Source: Spironucleus salmonicida
Taxonomy: Eukaryota
Assembly (NCBI RefSeq): GCF_000497125.1
Contig: NC_090599.1
Location: 248,001 to 312,000, forward strand
Reading direction: 5' to 3'
DNA length: 64,000 nucleotides
In this document: piece after piece, positions 38,850 through 54,800 of the stretch
Layout of the letters: each line of letters starts with the position of its first letter
Position numbering within the stretch: the first letter of the stretch is position 1
Notes under the pieces: generated by a model
The model's database searches: none
Told to the model about the DNA's origin: nothing
Seen by the model: only the letters and a program-made list of their open reading frames with translations
Made by a program: the position numbers and the translations under genes

Positions 38850-41800
38850 TCACTATTTGACAATAAACTGAACTGTATCTTCCTCAATTACACAGTTAAT
38901 GATAAGTTTCTTCGAGAATAGGTTTTTACTAAGACTACCTGATTATCTATACTTAAAATATCCAAAATAATCATCGTTTTTCTATATATCTAAACTCCTG
39001 AGTCTAAATTAATGTATAGAATTTGATGGATGATTTGAAAATGTTATACAAAATTTACCGTCAGCTTCTGTTGTAGAAACAAACACAAAATTTTCTGATG
39101 GAATGAATCGCTTTTTAATGATTATAGATGAAAACAACGCATTTCCCTACTCAGGTATTATCGGAATAATCAATAAATCTGGTATTCCTGCACGAATAAA
39201 AATAAGTTTATCAGAATTTAATGAAATAGCAAAGATAAATTTATCTTTGATCTCAAACGATCTAATTAAATCAAAATTAGAATTATCATTAACTATAATT
39301 GAAGATTTTTGATAATCCATGTAGTCAAAAATACTAATTTGCCCAATTATAGAAGAAAAGTAAATCATTGAATGATTTTATAGATTAATTGATTATATTT
39401 TATCGCAAACACGAGAAACTACTGACACTATTTTTAATAAATCATGAACAAGCTGTTTTGACCCTTTTGTTTAAATATATGTTTAAAAGATTTATTTTGA
39501 AATAGGCAGTGTTTATTCTAAGATTATGCTACCAAATTGCTGCAATACACCAGGATAATTAAATTTAAGAAAAATAAAATATTTGTGAATGGAGTCAAAG
39601 CAACCAGAATTTTAATTTTTATTAATTAAATCGATAAAAACATTTATAAAACATTCTCTCCTAGTTTTTAAGAAAAATTATGTAACTTATTCATACGTAT
39701 ATGTTCTAAGATTTTCGTTTTCAAAATATGTGGAAAACTTAATTAAAGACTATATTATTTATATTATGTATTCAGAATCATCTATACTACCTGCATTGTT
39801 TAGAATTTCTTGACAATTTTCAAAACCAAATATGCTAGTTAAAAAGAAAAGATTATAAGATAAACTATGTAATAATAACCCTAAAGGTAAGAAATGACCT
39901 GTTGGTACGTTTGGTACATTCATAGCCTCATTATATTATTCAAATCTCATTATAATTTACTTAATTACTAATTTAAGACTATTTATTGCCTTTTGGGAAT
40001 CTCTAGATAATTCTTTTGACCCTCTGCCAGCCAAACTCACACTCTATCTTAAACTTGTTACACCTTCTAGCTCATCATAATTAGCTCCAATAAGTATAGA
40101 GCAAACCGGTTATGCTAAAGATTCTAAAATTACAATATATACTGGTATTTCATTTAATCTCTTTGCTTATACTTTTAGTATTAAATCTTATGTTTCTAAA
40201 ACTACATGTGAAATATATGAATCCAGAATTGAATGTTATATATACCAATCCGAAGCAATTTATTAATATAATCTAAGTATTGCAAAACAAGAATACTTAA
40301 TATGAATAGCAGATTCTAACATATAGTCATAAATATTATATAGAGATAAAAAATTATTGTTAGATTAAAAATACGCTTTAAATGCATCTTCTAAAATTTT
40401 AAATGATTCATCATTTATTTAATATTATGATGTCTAAAATTCATGCAAGAATGAAAATATAGTAAATATAGAGATAAATGATATTGTGAATAGATAATTC
40501 TCTTTTGATGAATAACATGGCTAATCAATAGAAAATGATATTAAAAACTATTCAAAGTCAAAATCTAATGATGTATTAAATGTTTAGTTAATTAATGTCA
40601 TGAAATTAGTAATCTCAGGAATATTTTACATATTTTAAGTAATATAAGTTATAACAGGCAAAATTCTTATACAAAATTATTGAATCATAAACTAGGCTTT
40701 TATATCGATTCTAAGATCAATTTTATCACAAAATATACTTTATAATTAGTATGAAAATATTTATGAATTTTCGTATCTAGAAAAATGAATAGTACGGAAC
40801 AATGAATGATCTAATAGTTATATTGTATCATATTATAAAAACTTAGATCTTAAATCCCAAAAATCTGGAAGGTCAATCTTTTTATTTAAAACTGGTTTAT
40901 ATTCTAGCTATGAAAGTTGGATTACTGATACTGAACTAGTTTATTATTCAGTTGTTGATTTAGTAGACGCCACTAAGCTTGTTTATGATGGTTCATAATT
41001 GGAAACAGACGCTCGTATATGAGTTTAAGGTTCGACATTGAATGTTTTGTTACATTCATCCATATATTATTCTAATCTCGCCAACATTTTCTTTAATTTT
41101 AATTAAAAAATATTTTTATGCTATACATAATACTCCTATGCATTTCCTTTACGACTTGTTACTTGTTGACTTTTTCTTTAAATATCGATAAGGGATAATG
41201 GGTCCTAATTTTCATATTAAATAAATACTTATTAAGCATTATATAAATAGCATTACTATTCGATATCCTTATTTAACGGATAATCAATAGTAAAAGAGCT
41301 TGTTTATGCGTAAATCATTAGCATCTCTGTGAATTATTAAAAAATAAACTGACTAGGCTCCAAAACTTCTAAATACCCTTATTACTATGACTCTAGATAT
41401 ACAATACTACCATTTTTATTTTAATCCAGTGCGTAAATCATATCATCTTATGGTAAAACTAAACAAAATTCAAATTATGATATAGGATTAATACATTAAA
41501 GTATATCTTTTGTTAAATTTTAAATATAGATAGTATTATAGTCAGTAATAACAGTACAATAAACAGACTTCTATTAGAAAACTACGACAGAACGTGGCTT
41601 ACCAAAAACGTAAAAATTAAAGATAAGTTCAATTTACGATATTTCATTATATATTTTATATATACTAATTATGCTTTCATCATCGTTATTAGAATATGTT
41701 GAAAATGCTAAATAGATACAATCAACAGATGATGATAAACACAAATTCTCAATCGGCTAAGTTGTAATCTTAAGCGATTTAAATTTTGCAATATTCAAAA

Positions 41801-42746
41801 TTTCTAGCTGCGATTCTTTAAAATTATATATTATAATAAGAGGTGTCATAGAAAATAGGTTAAGTGATGTATAGTGCATAGTTTTAATATGGGATAGTAT
41901 GATTCTATCTGCATATTTTTCATCTCCGCCAGATGAATAATCAATATTGGGTGTAAATTTAAGATTATCTAAATCTAAATATATTAAATCCTGTGAAGAT
42001 AACATTAACTATTTATTATTTTATTAAATAGATTCTAAACTTAATTTCAGATCATAAATATAACATGATTTATCTGACAAAAATAAATTAAACTTATTAT
42101 CTAAAAATTAAACACTAACTATTTTATACTTAGAAATTTCAATCTTATTTTCAAGTTATAACTAAAAATCGTATTATTCAATCATATTCTACCGGAAGAA
42201 ATATAACTTTTGCTGAAGACAAAAGAAATCTATAATATCTTCATTGAAAATAAGTTCTTTACTTAAAACAAATTACTAAAATTAAATAACATAGAATTAT
42301 TATTTGTTTATTAACATTCCAACAAATTCTTCATTTAGTTTAAAATATTATGAGGTAATTATATCATTTTTTGCTTGTATTTATAAAATCTCGCCAAAAA
42401 TATCAATAAAAACTATTTAATTTACCTTTGAAGCAATAAGTTGAGAATCATTTACCTAAAATACATTTATATACTAATCAAAGTTGATAAAATTAACATT
42501 CTTTTTTGTGAAATTATATACAAAAATTCCAGAATAGGTTTAAATAAAGATGTTTTATGTCTCATAAGGTGGTAATATAATTTTGGTACTAGAGTTAATT
42601 CTGATTTGGTCATAAAATTGATTTTATTTCGTAATATAAAGATGAGTGTCATAAATATATACAATATAATCTTATGTAGGGATAACATTAACTAAATTCT
42701 TTTGATACATCATGGAGTGAATTTAATGAACAGTTATATCTACCAT
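38850..42746 (-). CDS. Large protein with N- and C-terminal beta-propeller-like regions and a helical middle (1298 aa); WDR7/WDR72-like architecture is tentative
   Basis: A single frame joins ORF-track fragments 41757..42005 and 39147..39368. Short beta-strand periodicity at both ends (e.g. GQISIFD). Stop context TAGTGA. Confidence 0.7.
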
Positions 42747-42806
42747 TTTGATTAATGGAGTGGTTTATAATATATTTATTTATCATAATAAAAAGTTAAT
42801 TTTTTA
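42747..42806. promoter_or_regulatory. 60-bp divergent promoter region shared by the propeller gene and the dynein-like gene
   Basis: Divergent ATGs at 42746 and 42807 with an AT-rich core TTTATAATATATTTATT. Confidence 0.5.
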
Positions 42807-45800
42807 ATGAGCAGAAGACAACTAGTTATTACAAACTAAGTGGGTAACGCTTTAATAGCATTACTTAGCTAAGAAATATTATATGAAAATACTGAAAATG
42901 CATAGTTAATTGAAGTATTTCTTTCAACTCCCAGAATAAAGTTTCTTTACTTTGCTTTACCAGGATTTTTCACTTTACAATATCAAAGTAATGGATCAGT
43001 AGCTATAAAACCACAAGTAGATTTATACTAAACTAAGCTTCCTTTAGAATCTATATCATTTTTACTTATTAACAGTTAATTAAAAAATATGATTTTATAA
43101 AACTATTTTTAATTTAATTCGTTTTAGAAGGATGCATTCTTACCATTAAATAAAGCATTTGGGACATATTTTAGAAATGAAAACACTTAGCTTCCTTAAC
43201 TTACAGAAAATTAGTTGGCTTAAATATAAAAAACTGATTGCTAACCAGCCCACTTTGTATTTTTAGAAGAACTTCTTTATATATAAATTCAGGCTATGAG
43301 ATAGGTTATAAATTTTGGATTATAATAAAATTATCAGCCGATTTATTCTTAAATATAAACTGAAGAAGAAATACTAATTAACAATTAGTAGCCATTATCT
43401 CCAGTTGCTGTTCTATTTTATCGATTTTATTAAAACAAAAACTATAGCTATTCTACCATTGGTATGGAAACATTATTATATTTAACCCAATAAAATGGTT
43501 TATTTAGATATTTATAAAATCTAGTTATACATGAAGGTAATCTTCTCAATCTGTAGTCGTTTAATCCATAAATTTTGCAAATTTTAAGGAAAAGAAAGTC
43601 ATTAGCAGTAGGACAATATGATATAGTATCATTTAATGTTAATATAAGGATTAAGTTTATATAAAATTTAATAAAATTATTCAAACCTTCTTATCCACTT
43701 TTATGCAGATTTATTAATATGTCTTTTTCAAGCTTCAAACCAAAATACGAGCCTTTAATTAAAAACAATCAACACTAAAGGAAACTGTCATGGCAAACAG
43801 CTTAAATCCTTTTTGATATTGTTAATAAAATAAGCTAAAATATTAACTTTGATAAATCATTAACTCAATAAGAATTATACGATTAATAAAAAATAATCTC
43901 TTTCATATTACCTGCATTTTATAATGAGATTATATTAGCTACTAAAAATTATATGGAACTTGATAGCTAAGCAATCATAGACCCATAGAACTATACAATC
44001 AGATTGACGATGATTATAGATTTCTATAAAAATATGTACAAACTTACATAGTAAGAGATATTTGAAGGATATTTAAGAAAAGCTGGAAATGTATTATATT
44101 TAATATAGTAATTATATAATTATTAAAATCTTTTACAGGTTATCCAAGATGAATTTTTGCCATTTTCAGTATAACTGAAAGATGATATAGAAAACTCTAT
44201 TCTAGAGTTAAATAGTTTATGTATCAATAAATAAACTACATCATTCCTCACACTAGTTTCTGATAATATTTTACATGTTGTTAAGGAAGGAAAATAAATT
44301 GTATAGTACACACAGGAAGATAACCTATTAGTACCATATACAGATCAGCATATTATCGATGAACATTATCATGTAGCAGCATTATTCCATCTCAAATGTT
44401 AAATCATAACGGAAAAATTATCAGATCTAGAAATAAATATTACCAGTCATTTATTAGATGGATTTTAAACAATTGATTCAATTATTGAATTTTTATAGGT
44501 ATTCATCAAAGTCTCATATTTATTTACAAGTAAACCTGTTATTCTTTAGTTATCAAGAGTTTTTGATAATTACTTAATATTTGTTGTTAAATTTTTTGAT
44601 ACAATACCTACATCCATTAATGAATTAGAATACTAATAAACACAGATATGCAATATTGCAAAGTTTATTAATAAGTTGAGTATTAACTTATTATAATCTA
44701 TGTTATAATTAGAAGAGAATTGTTATTTTATATAAATATCTAAAGATACATAGTTTTAGACATTATTAACATTAGCAAAATTAATTACATAAAGGTTTCA
44801 CGAATATTTATAAGAAGACTTAACATTAACTTCTATAAAGTTGCATTCTATTTGCCCACATCTTAACTGGTTTATTATATAGTTTGAATAGTATTTAAGC
44901 AAGTCAACAGAATTAAAATCAAATTTAATAAGATTAAAAGAAGATTACCTGAAAGAGAAAGCAATTTATTTCTTAGAAAAAATTAATTAATCCGTATTTG
45001 ATGTTATCACCTAGGATTTAATTACGTTTATCGATTTAAATGGATTAATAAATTATCTTATTGAATTAGATAATTTTATTATATATTCTCATTAACAATA
45101 ATAATAAATAGAATTAGAAAGTTACGGAAATTTTGGTCTTTACCCTCCAGTAAACTGTTTTGTGCCTGATATTGCAATATCCCTTAAAACATAAGTTTAA
45201 AAATTTAATATTATTTATAATTATAAGTAGTTAACTTTTATTTATAAATCACGATTGAATTTATAGATTGACAACCTATTTTAAGTTGCTGAATCTAGTA
45301 AATTTTTAACTTGGACAATGAATTTATAACTAAAAGAATTTTCGAACAAAAGTGCTTTTATGCTTAGTAATTCTTTAATGAGCAACTAGTTATTTTTTGA
45401 GGTTATTGGTGAATGCACAGAAATGATAGATCAGTTTTATTTGGAAAATGAGTTTAACTAAAAAGATTTAGAATAATATTTATAATATGATGACGACTTT
45501 TTATAGTTACTTAAAGATACTATCATAGCAAATAAATCCTTTTTAATGTTTCCAGTTGAATCTTTCGATTTGGAATTGTAAAATTATTTTAAAATAGGTT
45601 GTTTTTGTTATGATTAAGGTTTAAAAACTCAACCTCCTAATTTAGAAAAGAAATCAAAAAACTTCAGAAAAGTTTCATCATAATTACAGAATAAAGAAAT
45701 ATTTAGAATTATAGAGCATACTATACTTAAATGTAAAAATTATTTAAATGAACTTATATGCAATATTTAAAATAAAATAATTACTAGTTTATCCGAAATA

Positions 45801-48800
45801 AATTAGGATTTTTATTTTCAAATTGTTCCAGATTTATAAATACTTGTCAATAAAATTAGAGATTTAATATCTTGTGTTTAAATTTTATAACTTGGTATAT
45901 TATTCTTATTTATGTCGGAGAAAACATATCCATTATTTTAAATTGATGCTTTTTATGATGATTCTATTCATTATAGTCCTGATATAATGACTACAACATA
46001 GCTTATTCAATTATTTTCTAACATTATCACAAATTAAGAAATAGACAGTCAATAAAATTTAGTAAATAAAGATGTGTTGCATAAATTAAGTTAATGGCTC
46101 GATATTATTTTAGATCTATAAAATTATGGTTATAATATTGATTTGACAAAATTTAAAGAATAATCTGATATTAATGTATTTAGTTCACCATTTACTCGCA
46201 TATTGTTATGGATTAATTCTATTATGTCTTCTCATTCATATTTAAACACATTTATCAATGAATTATAAAAATAATTTTAAATTACATTGGTGGTGAATTC
46301 TATGGATACTGTCACTAATTTGATAATACCATGCTTATATAATAATTGTAAATATCCTATTTCTTAGATTTAAATCTATTTATTTATTTAAATCGAAAAA
46401 ATATTCTAATAAATATTTGACTAAATATAAACGACAGAATAAAATATCTACATTATTGACGCAAAGATAGTTGAATTAAAAGCTATCAGATATTAAGTAT
46501 AAGATTTATTTTAGATTAAAAGTAAATTATAAAACCTATTGATAGAAGATTATGAAACTATTTAGAATCTTATATAGTTGTATGATGCAATTAAAGATGA
46601 ATCCGTATTGAAATAGTTTTTCTCATAATTTGATGTGTTCTTAGATTATCTCAATAAATTTTAATATTAGGTGAATAACATTCATTTAGGTTTCACAGTT
46701 CTAAATTCTACTAAATTATTATCATACTATTAAAAAATTGTATACGATATTGTACAGGAAGCAATGTCCCCTGTTGTCGCATTTATAGAAAGTGTACTTA
46801 ATGATTCTAGTGCGTAGCTATAAAAATAAATTGTGCAATTAGAACATGTAATAGAAGAATGCACCTAATAAACATCTGTAGATATTTCTAATTATAATAG
46901 GGTAGAAAAACTTATTAGAAGTTCATTTATAATGAAATGTTGTATTTAGACATTTATTCTAATTAATTAAAAATGCTTAGATATGAATATATTTTTAACA
47001 TCAAGCAATGTTTTAATTCATACTAATATAGACTAATTTTAAAGAGAATTACCAGTAATAAAATTTAAAATAGATGATATTAATTAAAGAGTTGATATAT
47101 TAGTTAATAATACACGAATTTAGTTCATTTATCATACTCATGAGTTATTTGGATAAATACTGACAACATAAGATTAGTTTATGGAAAAATTAATATTTAA
47201 TACTTTTAAGGAAGAGAATTTTAAAGATTTTTATATAAGTGATTCAGAAAAAATTATATCAAAAATAAGCTCACTTATTGAAATTGTTGATTAAAAACAG
47301 TTAGAATAGTTTAGAACATCACTACTTCATATTTATGAGTTAAGATATTTATAAGGATAATGCGAATGTTATGATATCCAAACTGAATATTACTCTTTGG
47401 CTAATATAAGTACTTTTGTTACTTAATAGATTAATAAATCGACATTTATTTCATTATAAAAGACAGTACAGTATAAAATATTGTCTTATTAGGAATTAAT
47501 TTTATTAATATAGTTATTTTAAAAATTGATATGTAAAAAAGTAAGTTATTTCTATAAAAGCGTTGATTCTTTTTTATATTCAGCAAGAGAGGCCCATAAT
47601 AAAATTATATATAATATAGAAAATATTGATAATGTTTAGATTAAAAAATAATTATATGAATGTATTAAAGTAATAGATTCGTTATGGTCTAAAATTACTT
47701 TTTTCTTGTCTTATAAACTTTTTTAAAAGCATCATTGGATAAAAGTTCTAATTACTATATAGAATAAAGACTAAAAGTAATATTAAAAAATTTAAAATTG
47801 TATATAAATTTGGTAAATTAATGATGAACCTGAAATTTAGTAATTAATGATAATATAAATAGAGCAAGTTAGTAATATTTCTTAGATTATATAAAATGCA
47901 TTTGAAGAAGATATTTTTAATAAAACTATATCTTAAATTACCATAAACTACAGATAAATCTTGGAAAGTGACAAATAAGTTCTCCTGCAACAAATAATCG
48001 AGCATTTATCACAGTTTAAATAGGAATCCCTAGATATTTCATACATAGACACAATAGGTATTCTTAAAAATTTGTAAGAAGAATTCGTGCAAAAAAGAAT
48101 ATAGTTTCATTTTAATTAGGCTATATCTTTGTATAAGTTACAATAAGTAAATGATCTAAACTTATAATAATTATTAAACTCTCTTTAATACCTTTAAAAA
48201 CTTTGTATTGAACATCCATATATGGATTAATTATCGGAATATAGATAAATTTATTACTAATTTCAATCATATATATTAGTATTTTTCTTATTTGGGTTGC
48301 TAATTTGTAAATCCTTTAATAATTTCTAAATTGTTTCCTTTTTATCACATTCTTCATTATTTGACAATTTGTGTTTAGATATTTCATGTATATACTAGAT
48401 TGGTACATAATAAGATATGAATGAAGTAATAAAAATATTTTCAGGGACAAGCATTACGATATATCAATAAATATTAAAACTATAGTATAGTGAGGAACTT
48501 GTAAATGATAATATTATTGTACTTAATCCAATCTTTAGCTATATCGACGACACATAACCTAATAATTATAATGAAGCATCGTAGAATGTCTTTAAAAATG
48601 ATGAAGAAATATCTGAAATCTCAGCAATATCCTTAAATGAGATCTCATAGGAAGATTTATAGATAAATTAAAATGAATGGGCTAAGAAATATTCTATAAT
48701 AGAGTCGCTCCTCTTAACTGTATAATTATAAGACAATATTCTTTAAAATATTGTTTAATTTATTAAGTGTAATCTCTAGGTTGCAAATAATGTAACAAAC

Positions 48801-51800
48801 AGTGCATATTATTATAGTTTAAATGCTCTTCTAGAAAAGGTCAGACAAATAGAGAGTCTTCATCTTTTGAAATTAATGACAACTAATTCAGACATATTTC
48901 CTATTGTTTAAAAAGATATTTTAGATTTAAATTTTATCAAAGATTTTTGCTAAGTATTTATATCAAATAATCTGAATAAGTCTAAGTATAGTAAAATTTT
49001 AACTATCTTAAGAAAAAAAGCTAATATTAAAAAATATTTTCAAATATAATAAAATGTCGAAAATTAGAACAACAACAGTTTGTTTCTGAATTTTATTTAA
49101 GAAATGTCAATAAATGTGCTATATCCATTTATCGCTTCTACTGTCATATCCTCATATGAAGTAAATACTATTATTGGATTTTAAACAAAAAGTTAGGTAG
49201 ATGAAAACTCACTATCCACACAAACATTCGTACCACTATATAGACCAATTAATACATAAGATATGCCTGAAATACCATGTATTGTGTTTCCATTTTCGAT
49301 TAACCACCCATTCCTACAAATTATTGTCCAACTAATACTACTTATTGAAGAGTCAATCGCCATTTATACCACATAATGTATCAAAAAACTTAGGTTAATG
49401 CTACATATTTCGACACATGGAGATAGTTATTACTCACCAAATTTATAAAACGATTACGAATTCCCACTAGAAATTTTCCAACATTCAGACCAGTATAATT
49501 ATCCCTGTACAATCTACCCTTCAGAAGTAATATAAACTGCCTTTTATATAGTATTGGATTCGAGTATTGTTATTCCACATGAAATTTATATAGAAAAGGA
49601 ATACACTCTGCAGAGTTCTGTATAAATGGGCGTCCTACTAATCTCAAAGCTTGAACTTTTCATTCAGCAAATTTAGGAATTTATTTCAGGATTCCTATCG
49701 GTACAACACAAGAAAAAGAGTTTTGTAATAGCTATGGTTTCAGAATTACCATTCGCTTACGAAAAAGCGAATATTTTATATAATATTGCTAATTAATTTC
49801 TGACAAAGCTAAAAAGTATTTTATAAAATCAGCAGCAGAATTAGCATATCCGGAACATGATTAACTATGATGCCAATAATTACCTATATAAGTAACTAAA
49901 GTAGCCATTTGTAGTCATTCAACATGAAATTTTGTTATCCAACGACGATACTTTTCAGTTTCTAGCTAGCTCGGTACTACTGCAACTTTAGAAAACAGAG
50001 CTAAATCCAGAGTAGCTGATTATTCTTTTGTAAGATGGTTCTATTTCTAGGATATCATATGTATAGTAAGTGTATGCATCAAGGGAGTAATATATGCAGA
50101 CTGATATGTTGCCATTTTTGAGTACGTTTGCTAGTAAAAAGTTGACAGAATCAGCACAGTCGCTTTTAATAGATTTTCAGGTTTTGTAGAAAATTAATTA
50201 TTTAGCATCCAAGCTTTCATTATTATATCAGGTTTAATAGTTCTCACATCTTAGAGAGTATGCTTTATAGATTTATCATCCGAAATTTAAATAATTAGTG
50301 CCAGGAGCTGGTGATCTGTTGTCTATTCGGTAATTTTCATTACCTAAATACGATTTTCTGAACATTAAGTACTTAGATTAAATAAGTTTTCTTATTTTAA
50401 CTTAGCTTAAACCTCAAATTTTTGGAGGTAGGAGTTCTGTTCGATCTAAAACATATACAAATAATTACACATCAACTTTTATATCACAAGCAAGAAACAA
50501 CGTGGTGACAAATGATGTATTTGGATAGCCATAGTGTGAATATATAGTTAATATTTAAAATTCTTCATATAGTATGAGTTATAGTTAAACAGAAGATACA
50601 TAAGATTAAACGCAGAGTGTTAAAACAGTTTAATATAAATTTCATCTAGTTTAAAGAGAATAGGGATGGGATAGATTATAATGTGCTAATAATTACGACG
50701 ATCAATATTCACCTTTTTATGATGAAGTGACTAAAAACATAGAAGACGAGCTAATAAAGGACTCAGTAATAGTAATAGATACCTTATGTGTATTCGTCGT
50801 TTTATCTTCATATTAATATGCCCAGTGCGAAACAGATTTCTATTATGATATCGTTAGCTCTGATTTTTTATAATAATAATGGTGTTAAAGTATAATTAAT
50901 TTTCTATAGGGAAAGTTAAAGTTGGATTAGTAGTTTAGATTTAAAGTACAAGTATAAGAATTAGTCACTCTCTTAAATAAAATTCCGCCACTCCATTTAA
51001 GGATTGGAATTTAAAATTTTTATGAAAGCTTCTTATCAACATCAAACATTACTTTATAACTCTCAAATTATATATCTGAATATTCTATAATCAGATATAA
51101 TATTATAATTAATAACATAAGCAAGTATATTTATTAAATTCTTAACCGTATAGTACTACTTACTGCATAAAGAGTTTAAATACATGTAATAAATTTTAAT
51201 TTTCACTAGTTATAACTTTTGGATGAAATTGCTATTTTATTAAAGTACTGTCTTCAATTATACATAAACGAAGATGTGGAGCTATCTTTCATTAACAATA
51301 TTTAATCTTAAATAGCCAAGGATTCCATGAAATAGTATAATCTTATTGTCTTTAATAATATAAATTAATAACAAATATCTGAATAAGATATTAAGCTCAT
51401 TAAATCTCAATATTAATCTACATAAATGATAATTTTATTAGTAAATTAATCTAAAAGTATACATTATCCTCTTGTTGATTACTAATCAACATTACAGTAA
51501 TTTGGATTAGCTTAATTATTAATGATAAATATTATTATACATTATCAAAAATGGGTTAATATGAAAGATATAATTTAATAGGAGTAAGAATTAGATTATT
51601 TAGATATATTTAGTGAAAAATTCTAAGGAGAAAAATTAGAATTTAAGAAGTAATTAAGTAAAAATCTTCTAATGACTAACTATTTTTACAAATATTAAAA
51701 AATTATTGTAAATAACACTATTATTGATATTTATATTGATGTTTTACTGCAAATAATGGTAATTATATAAGATCAAGCAAAACTAAAATATAATGACATG

Positions 51801-54800
51801 TTAAACCTTTAGCTTAATGTCATGAACAGTATATATTCCTCTTTTGATGCAGTTTTATTTTAATTACATTGTCATCTAAATTTAAAAATTATTCAAGTTC
51901 CACATAGTTTTTGGCTTGGTCTTGTTATATTTTTTTCATACTGGTAATATAAGTAGCTTAAAATCGAAATGCCACAGAAAGCAATAATGTAATCAAGAAA
52001 TAATAGATTTTTGCCGTCTATACTAACATTTAAAACGGTAAGTGAATCACAACAATCAAATTAAGATTTTAATTCTTGGGATATTTTCTTAACATAAACT
52101 GTTGGGTTAAATTTAATGTTTAAGATATAATCAGATCTTTCAATAAACAAGTTTATTCCTCAGTTAGTAATAGAAAATAAGCAAATTCATCATGTATTTG
52201 TCGAGCTAGATTCAGTAGAGTTATTTGATACATATACACACATATCTGATATTATTTCCGTATTATACATGAAAATTGAATAAAAATATTGCACATCAAA
52301 ATAATAAAATACTAAATTTATTAATAAACTATTATCTAACTAAATAATTCATTAACATGGAATAATGAAAGGTGTTGATATTATTATCTTAAAGCTGTTC
52401 ATCTAAAAATATCATTATAATAACTATGTTGAAATGGGGTCTAAGTTTTAATAAAGTATTTTAATCTAGAAAATCACATCAACTTAATATATTGATAATT
52501 ACATATTTAATAACAACTATATTGAATCTTCATACAATCCTTTCAATATGTATCATAAGAATTTAATTTATATAATATAAATTAATGATTAAAACACGGT
52601 AAATTTAATAAATTAAAAGCAGTTAAACAAAAATATTTTTCTCACTCTTGAAGATTCTAATTTGAATTAATTTTTAATACCATTATATTAAAACTAATAA
52701 CCTCTAAACTAAACGCAGATAGTTATGAAAGAAATTGCAAATCACTTTAAATACGAAGAAATTAATTCTATTATCACATACTAGAAGATAAAACTAGATC
52801 AAATATCGAATTATTAAGCTTTATCTACATCATTACCTTAAACATTATGTTTTACATTAAATGTTTTGTTCATTGCATAAAATTATTTTTAATGTTCATT
52901 TAAAAAGTTTTTATTAAAACACTAGTCTTTTTTTAATTAAATATTATAGCATGATTCTGTGAATTAATTATTATAAAAACATTATAGCAATCTTCTTAAT
53001 GATAATCCATAATTTTAATTTATTATTTCTACCTTATTTAATAAATTAGAATTTAGTATTTGCAAGCCAATAGTTCAATATCCAGGTAATAATGGTATTC
53101 CATTTCAAGATGATACCTATTATTAAGATAGTTACTAAATAATTAATGCAGACACTCTTGTTGTTAGTCAGCACAATATTATCAATTTGAATAAATCATT
53201 TCTATCATAATATAATGCAAATACTCTATAACTGTAAAAATTGATATTCTTTTTAGATTTTTATTAGCATTTGTAAGTCTATTAAAATGAAATTTATTTA
53301 CTGGATATAGTTCAAGATGTAACAATAATCACAAATTCTAAGTTTTATGTTTACTAAAACCAAAATTTCTTAGATTTTTATCTAGGTGTTTGTTTAAAAG
53401 TTGTATTACTCAAATAAAGATGCATTATATTAGTTCAAAATTTAGAAATTGAAGGAATATTATAATATTTAACAGAAATACTACAAGATGGTTATTCTAC
53501 TAGTTTGATTACCTAATGTACTGCTGATCAAGAGATTATGTTTTTGTAATAAATTAAAAATCTTAGCAATACATATGATTTATAATTTTTTAGTATTTTA
53601 GATGTTTTGTAATATAAATTTTTTGAAAATAATTCTATATTAGACCTTATTCACATTATAATTGAATCTAATGATTAAAAATCAGATAATATGATAATTG
53701 ATCTCCATTAAGATAAGATAGAAGAATCAATATTTTCAGACCTTTATTTAACTACATAAAGTTAAAAACTTGAAGAAATTCATCATTATCATTAGACAAT
53801 TCTAACACACTTAAGAAATACATTCACGGTAACAGAATAATAATTACTTTATTTTTAAGATATTTAAAACTAAGTCAATTAAAATATAATTGACCATGAA
53901 TAAAGATTTAAGCGTACCTTACCTAGTTATTAAGATTTATAGTCAGTGTAAGATTTTGAGTAATAAAATATAGAGTATAATAACAAAATTGAGTAACACA
54001 ATAAACTTATGGATATACAAGTTAAGATTAATAATGATATAAATTTAGAATTAAAATAAATATAAGATTAGATTTTATTATCTGAACAATATTAGTAAAC
54101 ACTTCGGCATAAATTAAAATAGTATCGACTAAATGTAAGGTAAATTAATCATTATTAATTCCATGTTTATAAAGAAATTAGTTAGATTACAATTTAAGCA
54201 ATTTATTTAGTGATAACTCAAGATAAAAAATTTTCAAATGTGGAGAAGTATATGCGTAGAAAATTTGATAACATTGATAAATTAATTAGAGATATAACTG
54301 ATTCGTCAGTAAATATACCAAAGGATTGCATAACGATTTTGTTGTCACTTATATAAGTTAAAGATTAAATGTTTAATAGTAATTAGGATTTTAATGATTA
54401 AATTGAAAAGCTCATTTTCTAATCATAACTTGATGAATTTTTGTTAAAAATAGTACTGAATTTACTTTTTCTGAGCTAGAAGACCATAGAAATTGAGCAA
54501 AATCAACTACTAATTCCTCCGTTATAGAGTAGAATTAGGCTGAACTAGTTAGGATAATAGAAATTAAATAAAAAATTAGATTAAATTATTAATGAGTAAA
54601 ATAAAATTTAACTGAAAATAGATTTTATTAAAACAAATGCAGAAAATTAGATAACAAAAAATTAATAGTACACTCGAATTTTAGATGAAATGCACAATAT
54701 CAGCAGTTAAGTCAAAGTAATTACACCTAATATATATTATCAGTGTTAAATTGTTAGAAATTTAAATAAAGAACTCGAATTTAATTCTCATTTAGCAGCA

